This document shows positions 11,017-22,273 of a DNA stretch of 64,000 nt, piece after piece. Below the pieces are notes generated by a model, which had not been told where the DNA came from, made no database searches, and was given only the letters and a program-made list of their open reading frames with translations. Where the stretch lies: NCBI GenBank assembly GCA_963733195.1, contig CAVTCR010000056.1:96001-160000 (forward strand), read 5' to 3'. This DNA comes from an uncultured delta proteobacterium. GTDB taxonomy: Bacteria > Desulfobacterota > Binatia > Bin18. How positions within the stretch are numbered: the stretch's first letter is position 1; the number at the start of each line of letters is the position of its first letter. The position numbers were made by a program, and so were the translations under genes.

Positions 11017-11592
11017 ATGATGAACTTTGTTCAATACCGTGGGCGTTATGAGGCTGAACTTACGCGATTAAAAGAAGCGTTTGCGCGACTGTCGATGCAG
11101 GAGAAGAGTCGCCGCGTACTCGGGCGCGACAATCCGCTTCTCTACTCATCACGTGCCGTTGGCGTGAGACTGACCGGGGCGGGGTTGTCTGAACAAGTGC
11201 TTTCACGTGAGCTTGAACGGCAGACTGCACAATTTGAGCAGACTGCTTACCAGACGTTGGTTCGCGCACCGCTCCGACAGTTGCCATTACCCGATGCACA
11301 ATGGATTTTTCTTGACTTCACTGGACAAACTGGTGGGTGGCGTTATCAGCGAGCTGCGGCGATCGAAAAATTCCGCACTGCCATCGCGGGTAAATCTCCG
11401 GAGACTATGTGTCGTTTCTTGAGTGGCGGAATTGTGAGCGCTGATTTGCTGAATCGACTCATATTTGAAGAGTTCTCGCGACCAGGAGCATCGTTTCAGA
11501 CAACAGCGAAGCAGCTCAATTGTCGCTTTCAGCTCTGGGTTGCACGCTCTCGTAGTGACATTCCGCGCGGTGCCTGCATTCGTATTGATTAA
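11017..11592 (+). CDS. Hypothetical protein (191 aa)
   Basis: Long ORF in an otherwise empty gap, followed by a terminator; no motif recognised. Confidence 0.65.
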   Translation: MMNFVQYRGRYEAELTRLKEAFARLSMQEKSRRVLGRDNPLLYSSRAVGVRLTGAGLSEQVLSRELERQTAQFEQTAYQTLVRAPLRQLPLPDAQWIFLDFTGQTGGWRYQRAAAIEKFRTAIAGKSPETMCRFLSGGIVSADLLNRLIFEEFSRPGASFQTTAKQLNCRFQLWVARSRSDIPRGACIRID

Positions 11593-11610
11593 TACGGGGG
11601 AATTGAAGAA

Positions 11611-11644
11611 AAAGAAAAAGGCCCTTGTTCAGGGCCTTTTCTTT
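11611..11644. terminator. Bidirectional intrinsic terminator
   Basis: AAAAGGCCCT-TGTTC-AGGGCCTTTT with A and T tracts, between convergent genes. Confidence 0.8.
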
Positions 11645-11680
11645 AGGAGTGCTTCGCTTCGAGGATGTTAGACTACTTGG

Positions 11681-11773
11681 TTACTTCTTTTTTGCGGGTG
11701 CTTTCTTCTTCGCTTTTGAAGCGGTCTTCTTTGCGGGTGCTTTCTTAACTACTTTCTTCTTTGCTGCTGCCAT
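11681..11773 (-). CDS. 30-aa Lys/Ala-rich histone H1-like small protein (not in the ORF track)
   Basis: MAAAKKKVVKKAPAKKTASKAKKKAPAKKK*; AGGAGG RBS 5 nt upstream of ATG; terminator downstream. Confidence 0.75.
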   Translation of the reverse strand: MAAAKKKVVKKAPAKKTASKAKKKAPAKKK

Positions 11774-11919
11774 AGAGGCCTCCTATCTTTCTGAGTGAGT
11801 TGTGGGAACCCCTCGTAACGAAATTTTTTGTGAAGCGAAGCTCCATACGTCGATCTTTGTAGCAGATCACAATTCATCTCGCAATAAAAAATCGTCACAT
11901 CGTGAAAAAAATTTAATCA

Positions 11920-13276
<1,357 letters not shown>

Positions 13277-13286
13277 CTACAAAATT

Positions 13287-13589
13287 ATGCGTACATTTAG
13301 AAAATTGTGGCTACCGACACTTCTTGTCCTCTACGTGCTCCTTGCACTCTCCTCTGCTGTTGGGGAACACGGGTTTGTCCACCTGTGGAAACTCCGCCAA
13401 GAACAACAGACACTTGAATCCGCAGCGGTGGCGCTGTTGCAAGAAAACAAAGATCTCCGGGATCGCATTACTCGGTTGCAAAATGACAACAGCTATCTAG
13501 AGAAAGTCGTTCGAGAAGAATTAAAGTTTACGAAAAAGGGAGAGATTGTCTATCTTTTCCGTGCTCCGTCTGAACCGTCAGAGCAATAG
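13287..13589 (+). CDS. ftsB: Septum formation initiator FtsB/DivIC
   Basis: N-terminal TM segment, GEHG, coiled coil, YLEKVVREELKFTKKGEIVY. Confidence 0.85.
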   Translation: MRTFRKLWLPTLLVLYVLLALSSAVGEHGFVHLWKLRQEQQTLESAAVALLQENKDLRDRITRLQNDNSYLEKVVREELKFTKKGEIVYLFRAPSEPSEQ

Positions 13590-13672
13590 TGGGAAAAAAC
13601 AGTGGGAGACGGAGTCCATGGACTCTCATCTGGCTCGACAGCTCGAAACCTTGCCGGTTGGTAGGCCTAGAC

Positions 13673-14068
13673 TTATTCGTCTTCGGCTCCGCCTCCACCT
13701 TCAGTAAAGTCTTCATATTCGTCCGGATCCATGAGATCTTCAAGTTCAGATTTGTCGCTCAGCTCAATTTCGAGCAACCATCCTTCTCGATAGGGATCTT
13801 CATTGACGAGAGCAGGTTGATCTTCGAGGTCCGCATTGGTTGCGGAAATTGTCCCACTAAGAGGAGCAATCAGATCAGAGACGGTTTTCACCGATTCGAT
13901 CTCGCCAAAGCTCTCTCCGCGCTCGAGGATGTCACCAACGTCCGGTAGCTCAACCGCGATAATTTCTCCAAGTTCGTCCTGCAGATATTCGGAGAGACCG
14001 ACCAGGGCGCGTTTTCCTGAGACGCGCACCCATAGGTGGTCTTCAGTAAACTTGAGATTCTCAGCCAT
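13673..14068 (-). CDS. gcvH: Glycine cleavage system H protein
   Basis: EIESVKTVSD lipoyl-Lys motif; VNEDPYREGWL. Confidence 0.93.
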   Translation of the reverse strand: MAENLKFTEDHLWVRVSGKRALVGLSEYLQDELGEIIAVELPDVGDILERGESFGEIESVKTVSDLIAPLSGTISATNADLEDQPALVNEDPYREGWLLEIELSDKSELEDLMDPDEYEDFTEGGGGAEDE

Positions 14069-14134
14069 GATTCCTGCTTTGCCTCCTAGGGTCAGTTGTT
14101 AGCGAGCTCCTCTCGCTCTGTCAAGAAAAGTTTG

Positions 14135-14941
14135 TTAGCGTCTCGCCTCTCTACGAAAGAATCGCGTTGTGCCGCGAGATAATACTAGTCCTTGCTCCAT
14201 TTCTCGAACAATTTGTCGCGTGACCTCACGGGGATCCTTCGCGTCACGGATCGGCTTGCCAACAACCAGATAATCCGCACCAATGCGCATGGCTTCTTCT
14301 GGAGTGAGGACACGCTTCTGATCATCCCATGTTTCACCTTGAGATCGAACACCCGGGACGACCAGCAGCAGATTCTTGCCGCATTCACGGCGAATACGGG
14401 TGATTTCCAGTGGTGACGCGACCACGCCATCCATTCCCGCTTCCTGAGCAAGTTTGGCTAAGCGGACGACTTGATTCTCGACTCCAGTGACGACACCCAT
14501 GCGCTTGAGATCGTCTTTGTTTAGGCTGGTAAGAACCGTGACCGCGAGAATCTTGGGCCGACGCAGACTCTCAGTTCTACACACTTTGTTCACGTCAACC
14601 AAAGTCTGATGCATCATCTCCAAACTGCCCGAGGCGTGTAGATCAAACATGCGTACGCCTAACCGTGTGGCCTCGACGCCGGTGCGTGCAACAGTGCGTG
14701 GAATGTCATGAAATTTTAGATCGAGAAATACTTCACCACCTTTATTGTGAATAAAGCGAACGACTTGCGGCCCGCCGTGCAGAAAGAGTTGCTTCCCCAC
14801 CTTGAAGAGGCCGACCTCGTCCTTGAGCAGCGACACATATTCTTTGACCTCAGCCATAGAGGCTACATCAAGGGCAAAGATCAAACGCTGCCTGACTTCA
14901 CTCTGTCGTGAAGAAAGGAAAGGCCATGAGAGGCGTACCAT
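14135..14941 (-). CDS. pyrF: Orotidine-5'-phosphate decarboxylase
   Basis: LIFALD, FKVG, FLDLKFHDIP, VTVLTS, DDQKR, DYLVVG. Confidence 0.95.
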   Translation of the reverse strand: MVRLSWPFLSSRQSEVRQRLIFALDVASMAEVKEYVSLLKDEVGLFKVGKQLFLHGGPQVVRFIHNKGGEVFLDLKFHDIPRTVARTGVEATRLGVRMFDLHASGSLEMMHQTLVDVNKVCRTESLRRPKILAVTVLTSLNKDDLKRMGVVTGVENQVVRLAKLAQEAGMDGVVASPLEITRIRRECGKNLLLVVPGVRSQGETWDDQKRVLTPEEAMRIGADYLVVGKPIRDAKDPREVTRQIVREMEQGLVLSRGTTRFFRREARR

Positions 14942-16656
14942 TATGTGTTTTCCCGGCTCAGCGACACGAGCGTCTCAACAATCTGACCAACACTAACCTC
15001 GGTTCCTTGCTTCTCTGTTCTGCGTTTCAGTTCGACCATCCCACGTGCGAGAGATTTCGCCCCAATGGTAACGCGCAGTGGAGTGCCGAGTAAATCTGCA
15101 TCTTTGAACTTCACACCTGGACGCTCGTCACGATCATCGAGCAAAGTATCTACACCAGCAGTGAGGAGCTGAGTGTAAATACTTTCTGCTGTCATCCGGC
15201 TTTGTTCGTCACTCCAGTTTACTGGGACAATCTGAACGGCAGCAGGAGCAAGAGGTAACGGCCACTGGATACCATCGGCATCGTGATGCTGCTCGATGGC
15301 TGCGGCAACAGTCCGCGTGATACCGATGCCATAACAACCCATTTCCATCGGATGATCTTGACCTTGCGCGTCCTGATAGGTCGCATTCAGCGTTTTACTA
15401 TACTTCGTTCCGAGGTAGAACGTTTGCCCAACCTCGATTCCGCGGTGAGTGGTAAACGTACCCGTCTCACAACGAGGACACTGATCACCAACCCTGGCTT
15501 GCCGCAGATCTGCGAAACGCAAGTTGGTCAAATCACGTCCGAAGTCGAGTCCAGTCTGATGGTAATCCCGCTCATTTGCTCCACAGACCATTCCCACAGC
15601 ACTGCGTAGCTCATTATCGCTCACCAGCGTTGCCTTAATGCCGATGGGGCCGGCGAATCCAGTTGGAGCGCTAGTGGTGCGAACAACAGTGTCTTCATCT
15701 GCGAGCGCGACCCATTGGCACCCAAGCACATTCTTGAGCTTAGGTTCACTCAGTTCGTGATCTCCGCGAACCAGGGCTGCGATGACGGCTCCAGTATCGG
15801 TCACGTAGATCAGAGTTTTGACGAACCGTTCAGGTGGTTCGCCGAGAAACTTCGAGACTTCTTCAATGGTTCGTTGGTCGGGAGTATGAACTTTCTTCAA
15901 TGACTGCGGACTGCGGACTGCGGACTGAGTGACCGGAGGCGGCAGTTCTGCTTTTTCCACATTGGCAGCGTAGTCACACTTGTCGCAACTGACGATGGCA
16001 TCTTCGCCTGAGTCGGCAAGCACTTGAAACTCGTGTGACATAGTGCCACCGATCGCGCCGGTATCGGCCTCGACGGGACGATAGATGAGGCCACAGCGAT
16101 CAAAGATGCGCCGGTAGGTGTCATACATGTTTTGGTATTCACGACGACAGTCTGTGAAATCTGTGTGAAAGGAATAGGCATCTTTCATAATGAACTCACG
16201 TCCTCGCATGAGGCCGAAGCGTGGACGGACTTCATCGCGAAACTTGGTCTGGATTTGATAGAGGTTTAGTGGCAGATCCCGGTAGGAGCGAATTTCGCGC
16301 CGCACGATATCTGTAACCACTTCTTCATGCGTGGGACCAAAGCAAAAGTCTCGCTCATGGCGGTCCTTAATCCGTAGTAACTCTTTTCCGTAATGCTCCC
16401 AGCGGCCACTTTCTTGCCACAACTCGGCAGGGCATACCGATGGCATCAGGATTTCTTGAGCGCCGGCTCTATTCATTTCTTCGCGAACGATCGCCTCGAC
16501 CTTTCGTACGACTTTCAGTCCAAGCGGAAGAAAGTCGTAAATCCCACGTGCGACCTGGCGAATCAGACCAGCACGTACGAGGAGTTTGTGGCTAATCACC
16601 TCCGCTTCCGTAGGATCATGGCGAAGTGTGGGAATAAACGTATGACGATAGCGCAT
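14941..16656 (-). CDS. proS: Proline--tRNA ligase (with INS editing domain)
   Basis: GPTHEE, FRDEVRPRFGLMRGREFIMKDAYSF, MGCYGIG. Confidence 0.97.
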   Translation of the reverse strand: MRYRHTFIPTLRHDPTEAEVISHKLLVRAGLIRQVARGIYDFLPLGLKVVRKVEAIVREEMNRAGAQEILMPSVCPAELWQESGRWEHYGKELLRIKDRHERDFCFGPTHEEVVTDIVRREIRSYRDLPLNLYQIQTKFRDEVRPRFGLMRGREFIMKDAYSFHTDFTDCRREYQNMYDTYRRIFDRCGLIYRPVEADTGAIGGTMSHEFQVLADSGEDAIVSCDKCDYAANVEKAELPPPVTQSAVRSPQSLKKVHTPDQRTIEEVSKFLGEPPERFVKTLIYVTDTGAVIAALVRGDHELSEPKLKNVLGCQWVALADEDTVVRTTSAPTGFAGPIGIKATLVSDNELRSAVGMVCGANERDYHQTGLDFGRDLTNLRFADLRQARVGDQCPRCETGTFTTHRGIEVGQTFYLGTKYSKTLNATYQDAQGQDHPMEMGCYGIGITRTVAAAIEQHHDADGIQWPLPLAPAAVQIVPVNWSDEQSRMTAESIYTQLLTAGVDTLLDDRDERPGVKFKDADLLGTPLRVTIGAKSLARGMVELKRRTEKQGTEVSVGQIVETLVSLSRENT

Positions 16657-16907
16657 GAGTAATATTCTGTCGCAACTAGCAATAATTTCGGGAACATTAG
16701 ACAGTGCAAGGGAAAGGTGTCAAGCCGGGCGAAGGGAGGAGAGAAATGGGAAGAGGCGAAAATCTTTTTCCTTCCCCGAACGAAAGCGTGTACACTAGGA
16801 AAGTTATGCTGTTTCTTGCCAACAACCGTGCAAAACCTCCTTCTTTCTGGTCGATATTCTCTAGGAGATCCTTCGTCAATACTTCTCATGCGAAAGACCT
16901 CCCGGCT

Positions 16908-17144
16908 ATGAGCAATTTTTTTGGCAGACGCGTCAAAATCCTTCTGGTGATTCTAGGCCTCGGGGCCGGGATTGGTATTTTGTACTCAATCCACCGTGAC
17001 GCTGGGATCGGTGCAGCGATTATTGCTACCTACGGTGGACTGTATTACCTCTATCGGAAAATCGGGAACCCGAAGCAGAAAGATCACTACCCGATCGTTC
17101 GTTATCGGGGATACCCAGTACGGAAAAAGAAGTTTTTCTTGTGA
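16908..17144 (+). CDS. Small two-TM membrane protein
   Basis: Two hydrophobic segments and a basic tail; stop overlaps the next start (GTGA). Confidence 0.55.
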   Translation: MSNFFGRRVKILLVILGLGAGIGILYSIHRDAGIGAAIIATYGGLYYLYRKIGNPKQKDHYPIVRYRGYPVRKKKFFL

Positions 17145-17497
17145 AACTCTTTGTTGGGCTCCTGACGGTTATTGCTCTGGCCAGTGTTGCGTGGGCTGGG
17201 ACGCTCAGCGAAGCCGAGAAGATTGAGCAACTTCTCAAATCGGTTGAGGTAATGCAAGCTCGTTTCATAAGGAACGGGACCGAGTATGACGCTAAACAGG
17301 CCGCGGATCACCTTCGCCTCAAAATACGCAAAGCCGGTAGTCGGATACAGACTGCCGAAGACTTTATCAAGTATTGTGGATCGCAATCCTCAATGTCTGG
17401 GGAAAAATATCGGATCAAATTTGCTGACGGGCGTGAGATTGAGTCTGAAGCGTATCTGCGGGAGAAGCTCAAAGAGATCGAGGCTGGGTCGGAGTAG
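17141..17497 (+). CDS. Secreted DUF5329-like protein
   Basis: Signal peptide; FIRNG..AADHLRLK..TAEDFI..SSMSGEKY. Confidence 0.75.
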   Translation: MKLFVGLLTVIALASVAWAGTLSEAEKIEQLLKSVEVMQARFIRNGTEYDAKQAADHLRLKIRKAGSRIQTAEDFIKYCGSQSSMSGEKYRIKFADGREIESEAYLREKLKEIEAGSE

Positions 17498-17506
17498 ACA
17501 TTTCCA

Positions 17507-17640
17507 ATGTGGCAACATCAAGGCAAGCGTCGTGAAGCTCACCGTATGTTATCCGAGATCTACAACTGGTTTACCAAAGGGTTTCACACGAGAGATTTGC
17601 AAGCAGCGAAGGCGTTATTGGAAGCGCTACATTGGACTAC
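17507..17640 (+). pseudogene. Remnant of the C-terminus of an adenylate cyclase/AAA-ATPase/TPR-type protein
   Basis: WQHQGKRREAHRMLSEIYNWFTKGFHTRDLQAAKALL resembles the family tail WFTEGFDT.DL.EAKALL; no upstream body is present. Confidence 0.6.
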
Positions 17641-17678
17641 GAATGGCTTGGCACACCGCCGTGTATCCGCGCTTCATC

Positions 17679-17822
17679 CTAGACATAGTCATCCGTCCGG
17701 TTGCGATTCTGTGGACACGAACTACAGCCAGGTTTTTGCTTGCGAGCTGGCCACAACGAACGACTCACATACAGTGCTGCCACAGTGATAACGACGAGAA
17801 CAATGAGAGTTTGAGTGTCCAT
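17679..17822 (-). CDS. FeoB-associated Cys-rich small membrane protein (47 aa, not in the ORF track)
   Basis: MDTQTLIVLVVITVAALYVSRSLWPARKQKPGCSSCPQNRNRTDDYV*: TM segment plus GCSSC, downstream of feoB. Confidence 0.75.
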   Translation of the reverse strand: MDTQTLIVLVVITVAALYVSRSLWPARKQKPGCSSCPQNRNRTDDYV

Positions 17823-17828
17823 ACGAAA

Positions 17829-17955
17829 AAAGTAGTCAGTAGTCAGCATTCAGTAGTCAGTAGAAAAAAGGCGAAACAACGAAAAGGGAAAAGGGCGAGG
17901 CCATGGCGATCTGTGTTCATTTTTGACTTTTGCCCTTTGACTTTTGCCTTTTGAT
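17829..17955. repeat. Short tandem heptamer/octamer repeats
   Basis: (CAGTAGT)n at ~17829-17862, AAAAGGCG-like octamers, and (TTTTGAC/TTTTGCC)n at ~17921-17955. Confidence 0.75.
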
Positions 17956-17970
17956 TTTTCCTTAGTTTTC

Positions 17971-20190
17971 TTACATTCCTATCAGCCTGCTCCCCACCTG
18001 ATATACCACCAAAGCTCCCAGATACGCTAAGCTTGTCATGTACACAAAAGTAAAGGTCGCATACCACCACGATCCAGTCTCTCGCTTAATGGTCGCCAGG
18101 GTTGCACCACACTGACAGCAAAGAGCAAAGAACACCATAACTGACAAGGCCACTATCGGTGTGTATACGGGCCGACCATCCGGCCAGCGTTCTGCTTGCA
18201 TCGCACTGCGCAGTTCTACACTTTCTTCGCTCTGTTCGTTGCCCAGATTGTAGATGGTCCCAAGTGCGGCGATAATCACTTCTCGTGCAGGGAAACTGGC
18301 TAACGTCGCCATGCCAATCTTCCAATCCCAGCCCAATGGACGAACCAACGGTTCAATCGCATGTCCAGCTTGACCGAGATAGCTCTCACGCAAACGTATC
18401 CCAGCCTCTTCGGTTGCCAAACGGGCTTGTTCTTCGGTTGTTGCGGTTGCTCGTCTATTACGGAACTCTTCGGTGAGTTGGGGTTGAGTTGGATAATAAG
18501 AGAGTGCCCATACGAGGACAGTTGTTGCCAGGATAATCGTTCCGGCGCGACGAAGAAATGCGAGACTCCGGTCATACATACGAAAGAGCACCACCCGCCA
18601 TGCAGGGATTTTGAAAGGCGGAAGTTCAAGCAAAAAAGGAACAGATTCTCCACGTAGCATGGTTCGTTTCAGTAACAGCGCGATAGGCGGAGCTACAATC
18701 AAGCCGAGGGTATACATCACAAACAAGGTCAATCCTTGGAGTCCCACCACACCCCAGATCGTGTGGTTGGGAATAAAAGCCGAGATGAAGAGGACATATA
18801 CCGGCAGTCGCGCACTGCAACTCATTAGTGGCGCGATGAGAATGGTAGCAATACGATCGCGATGGTTATCGATCGATCGTGTCGCCATGATCCCAGGGAC
18901 CGCGCAAGCGAAAGAAGACAATAATGGGATAAAGCTCCGGCCCGAGAGGCCAAAGCTCGCCATAACACGGTCCATCAAAAACGCGGCGCGCGCCATATAG
19001 CCAGAGTCTTCAAGAAGAGCGATGAGGCCGAACAAAACCGCAATCTGTGGAACAAACGTTACGACGGCGCCGACACCCCCAATGACTCCATCGACGATGA
19101 GACTCTGCAATGGACCGTCAGGGAACAAGGTGCGCACTTTTGATCCCAGTACCAAGCAGGCCCCCTCGATGGTGTCCATGAGCGGTGCTGCCCAGGAGAA
19201 AATGGACTGAAAAGTAAAGGCCATTGCCACAAGGAAGACAAGCAGGCCCCAGAATTTATGGGTGACAATCTGATCAATGCGATCCGTCCAGGTCGGACTG
19301 ACAGTGAGTGGTTGGCGGACGACTGCCGCAATTGTTTCCGTAATCCACTGGTAACGGGCATTGGTTTCGATTTGTGGCAGTGACGTTTCTGTAGTGACGA
19401 GCCGTTCTCGGGCAGCGCGGACAGTAGTAACTATACTCTCTCCCAGTTCACGCACGAGTTCCTGTTCGATCGATCCTCCGGCATCGATGAGCAAACGTTC
19501 GATGAGAAAGCGTGGCAGTTGGCGTTGCCCATTGGCAAGCGCAACTTCGACCGTATCAACTTCACGGGTAAATGTTTCGGGCAGCCGAATGAGCGAGGGA
19601 GGGGAGGCCTGTGTCCGGATCGCCTGTCGTAATTTTTGTTGAAGGGCAGAAAGCCCCACACGTCGAGCGGCGTGGACAGGGATCACCGGAATGCTAAGTC
19701 GTTGTTGCAACGCTTCGACATCAATGAGAATCCCTTGCTTCTGCGCCAGGTCCATCATCGTTAAGGCGACGACCACCGGTCTTCCGGTTTCCAGGACTTG
19801 CGTGAGCAAATAGAGATTACGATCGAGATTGGTGGCGTCGAGAACACAGAGTACAGCATCTGGTGCAGGAATGTCTTTGCCATAGCCAAGAAGCACGCTG
19901 ACAGCAAGCATCTCGTCTGGCGCGCGTGGAGCCAAGGAATAAGTTCCAGGAAGATCGACGGCAAGAAACCGATCGCCGTCGATGGTCAATTCGCCGAGTG
20001 CACTTTCAACTGTGACGCCAGGATAATTGCCAGTGTGTTGGCTCAGGCCAGTGAGGGCATTGAAGAGGGTCGTCTTGCCGGTGTTCGGGTTTCCGATAAC
20101 TGCAATGAGGTAGCGTCGTTCAACCAACCGATGCGATAGCGGAGTAGTGTTGCCAATAGGAGTAGCGGAGCGAGAGGCCGTTGCGGCCAT
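17971..20190 (-). CDS. feoB: Ferrous iron transport protein B
   Basis: GNPNTGKTTLFNALTG, NYPGVTVE, DLPGTYSL, LEDSGYMARAAF, CSARLPVY. Confidence 0.96.
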   Translation of the reverse strand: MAATASRSATPIGNTTPLSHRLVERRYLIAVIGNPNTGKTTLFNALTGLSQHTGNYPGVTVESALGELTIDGDRFLAVDLPGTYSLAPRAPDEMLAVSVLLGYGKDIPAPDAVLCVLDATNLDRNLYLLTQVLETGRPVVVALTMMDLAQKQGILIDVEALQQRLSIPVIPVHAARRVGLSALQQKLRQAIRTQASPPSLIRLPETFTREVDTVEVALANGQRQLPRFLIERLLIDAGGSIEQELVRELGESIVTTVRAARERLVTTETSLPQIETNARYQWITETIAAVVRQPLTVSPTWTDRIDQIVTHKFWGLLVFLVAMAFTFQSIFSWAAPLMDTIEGACLVLGSKVRTLFPDGPLQSLIVDGVIGGVGAVVTFVPQIAVLFGLIALLEDSGYMARAAFLMDRVMASFGLSGRSFIPLLSSFACAVPGIMATRSIDNHRDRIATILIAPLMSCSARLPVYVLFISAFIPNHTIWGVVGLQGLTLFVMYTLGLIVAPPIALLLKRTMLRGESVPFLLELPPFKIPAWRVVLFRMYDRSLAFLRRAGTIILATTVLVWALSYYPTQPQLTEEFRNRRATATTEEQARLATEEAGIRLRESYLGQAGHAIEPLVRPLGWDWKIGMATLASFPAREVIIAALGTIYNLGNEQSEESVELRSAMQAERWPDGRPVYTPIVALSVMVFFALCCQCGATLATIKRETGSWWYATFTFVYMTSLAYLGALVVYQVGSRLIGM

Positions 20191-20208
20191 AAGTGTTCAT
20201 GCCTCGCA

Positions 20209-20436
20209 TTATGCTGGATCAAGAACGATCCGACGGGCTTCATTGCGACGGAGCGCGATATTGAAGCCGCGAATCCGTATCTGCATTGGATCGCCGAGCG
20301 GCGCGAATCTGACAACTTGTACGGATTGGCCAGGGGTGAAGCCCAATTCAGAGAGTCGCTGGGTGAGGCCATCAAGGCCGCTGATAGAGCTGATACGCCC
20401 TGCTTGCGTTGGTAAAAGGTCAGCCAGAGTTTTCAT
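20209..20436 (-). CDS. feoA: Ferrous iron transport protein A
   Basis: RLSELGFTPG..APLGDP..IALRRNEA. Confidence 0.92.
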   Translation of the reverse strand: MKTLADLLPTQAGRISSISGLDGLTQRLSELGFTPGQSVQVVRFAPLGDPMQIRIRGFNIALRRNEARRIVLDPA

Positions 20437-20441
20437 GGCGT

Positions 20442-20463
20442 AAATGATAATGATTCTCAATTT
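20442..20463. promoter_or_regulatory. Fur box upstream of feoA
   Basis: TGATAAT-G-ATTCTCA (20445-20459) is a 7-1-7 inverted repeat with one mismatch to TGATAATnATTATCA. Confidence 0.8.
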
Positions 20464-20711
20464 CATTGTCAATCAAGAGTACAATCCACATCGCTCCCGC
20501 CGGAGTGCTTGCGGGCGCTACTTTCAGACGACGTGTTGTGTATACGTTAACCGTTACAGGATTAGGACAGTATGTAAGGCTTGCTGTCCGACCGTAGCTT
20601 CGTCTGACAAAAGCCCTATACCGCAACTCATCCAAAATATGCTAGGGTAAAAAACAAAGAGAAGTTCATCGGACTTGGAGGGGGAATCTCTTCAGTTCAA
20701 TAGGGAGTTTT

Positions 20712-22124
20712 ATGCGACAACGGCGACAAAAAACGCTTGGCCGGGTTCTTGCCTGTATCGGTCTTATTGGAGTTGGCTATTTCGGCGGACAAGGATTACA
20801 GAAGGTGTCGGCAGGGGGACAAGATCCGTACGAAGGACTGGAAGCGTTTACCAATGTGTTGGCGGTTGTGCAGAAAAACTATGTGGAAGACGTGGGAACC
20901 CAGAAGTTGGTCGATGGAGCTATCAACGGCATGCTCAACGCCCTGGACCCCCATAGCTCTTATCTGACGCCGGAGTCATACAGAGAACTGCAAGTCGATA
21001 CGGAGGGAAGCTTTGGCGGCCTCGGTATCGAGATCACTGTTCGTGATGGGTTGCTCACCGTCGTCGCGCCAATCGAAGACACCCCGGCCTACCGTGCCGG
21101 TGTCAAAGCCGGGGACCAGATTATCAAGATCGAAGGTGAGATGACGAAGGATATGAGCCTCGTTGATGCAGTGAAGAAGATGCGCGGCCCCAGGGGAAGT
21201 AAGATCACGGTGAGTCTTCGTCGTGAAGGAGTGTCTCGGCTCATGGATTTCCATTTGACCCGGGAAGTCATTAAGATCCAGAGCGTCAAGTCGAAAACCC
21301 TTGAGAAGGGCTATGGCTACGTTCGCATCACACAATTCCAGGATCGCACAGGAAGTGACCTTGATGCTGCGTTGAGCAAATTGGCACAGGAAAACGAAAA
21401 ACTTGAAGGGTTGGTTGTTGACTTACGTAACGATCCGGGTGGACTCCTCAGCCAAGCAGTGAAGGTGTCTGACACGTTCCTTGATTCTGGGCTGATTGTG
21501 TACACCGAAGGTCGCCTCGACAACCAGAAGCAGAAATATTTTGCCCACCAGGGCGGGCAGACAGATATTCCGCTGGTTGTAATCGTCAATGGCGGCAGTG
21601 CAAGTGCCTCGGAGATCGTGGCTGGAGCACTGCAAGACCACGGGCGTGCTGTTGTAGTCGGGACTAAAACCTTTGGCAAAGGATCAGTTCAGACGATTCT
21701 ACCGATGGAAAGTGGCGCAGCCCTACGGTTGACGACTGCGATGTATTTCACCCCCAGTGGACGCTCGATTCAAGTGACTGGTATCACTCCAGACGTTCTT
21801 ATCGATAATGATCCTGCCGCTCAAAACGAGCGGACGCAGAGAGAGATTCGAGAAGAAAATCTGCGCGGCCATTTTGGCCAGCCGACGCATGGTGCCATCG
21901 AAAAGGACCAACCGGAATCCGGTGAGAAGAAAGACCCTGCAGTTCCTTCAGAGACTCAGGAGCCGACCAGCAAAGAGGAAGGTGACAAGAAGGCAGAAAA
22001 AGCTCCCGAAGTGAAAGAGGGAGAATTAGGGAAGGATCCGCAGCTTGATCGAGCCATGCAGGTGCTCAAATCGTGGGAAACGTATAAGAAAAAGACTGCC
22101 GTCGCGACTGCACCAACCAAATAA
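20712..22124 (+). CDS. ctpA: Carboxyl-terminal processing protease (S41 family)
   Basis: LDPHSSYL, PDZ region, DLRNDPGG, SASASEI, TFGKGSVQ. Confidence 0.93.
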   Translation: MRQRRQKTLGRVLACIGLIGVGYFGGQGLQKVSAGGQDPYEGLEAFTNVLAVVQKNYVEDVGTQKLVDGAINGMLNALDPHSSYLTPESYRELQVDTEGSFGGLGIEITVRDGLLTVVAPIEDTPAYRAGVKAGDQIIKIEGEMTKDMSLVDAVKKMRGPRGSKITVSLRREGVSRLMDFHLTREVIKIQSVKSKTLEKGYGYVRITQFQDRTGSDLDAALSKLAQENEKLEGLVVDLRNDPGGLLSQAVKVSDTFLDSGLIVYTEGRLDNQKQKYFAHQGGQTDIPLVVIVNGGSASASEIVAGALQDHGRAVVVGTKTFGKGSVQTILPMESGAALRLTTAMYFTPSGRSIQVTGITPDVLIDNDPAAQNERTQREIREENLRGHFGQPTHGAIEKDQPESGEKKDPAVPSETQEPTSKEEGDKKAEKAPEVKEGELGKDPQLDRAMQVLKSWETYKKKTAVATAPTK

Positions 22125-22129
22125 GAATA

Positions 22130-22230
22130 AAAAGGGGAAATGGATAAAAGGAAAGAACGATATAAATTCTTAAACCTTTCGTTCTCCCGTTTCGCCGTTT
22201 CCCTATTTTGTCGTTTCCCCATTTCCCTTC
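22130..22230. repeat. Octamer-type purine/pyrimidine repeats forming an imperfect hairpin
   Basis: AAAGGGGAAATGGATAAAAGG faces TTCTCCCGTTTCGCCGTTTCCCTATTTTGTCGTTTCCCCATTT. Confidence 0.55.
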
Positions 22231-22273
22231 GGGGCCTTGCTCGTTCGATGATCTCTCTGTTACAAGGCACGCC

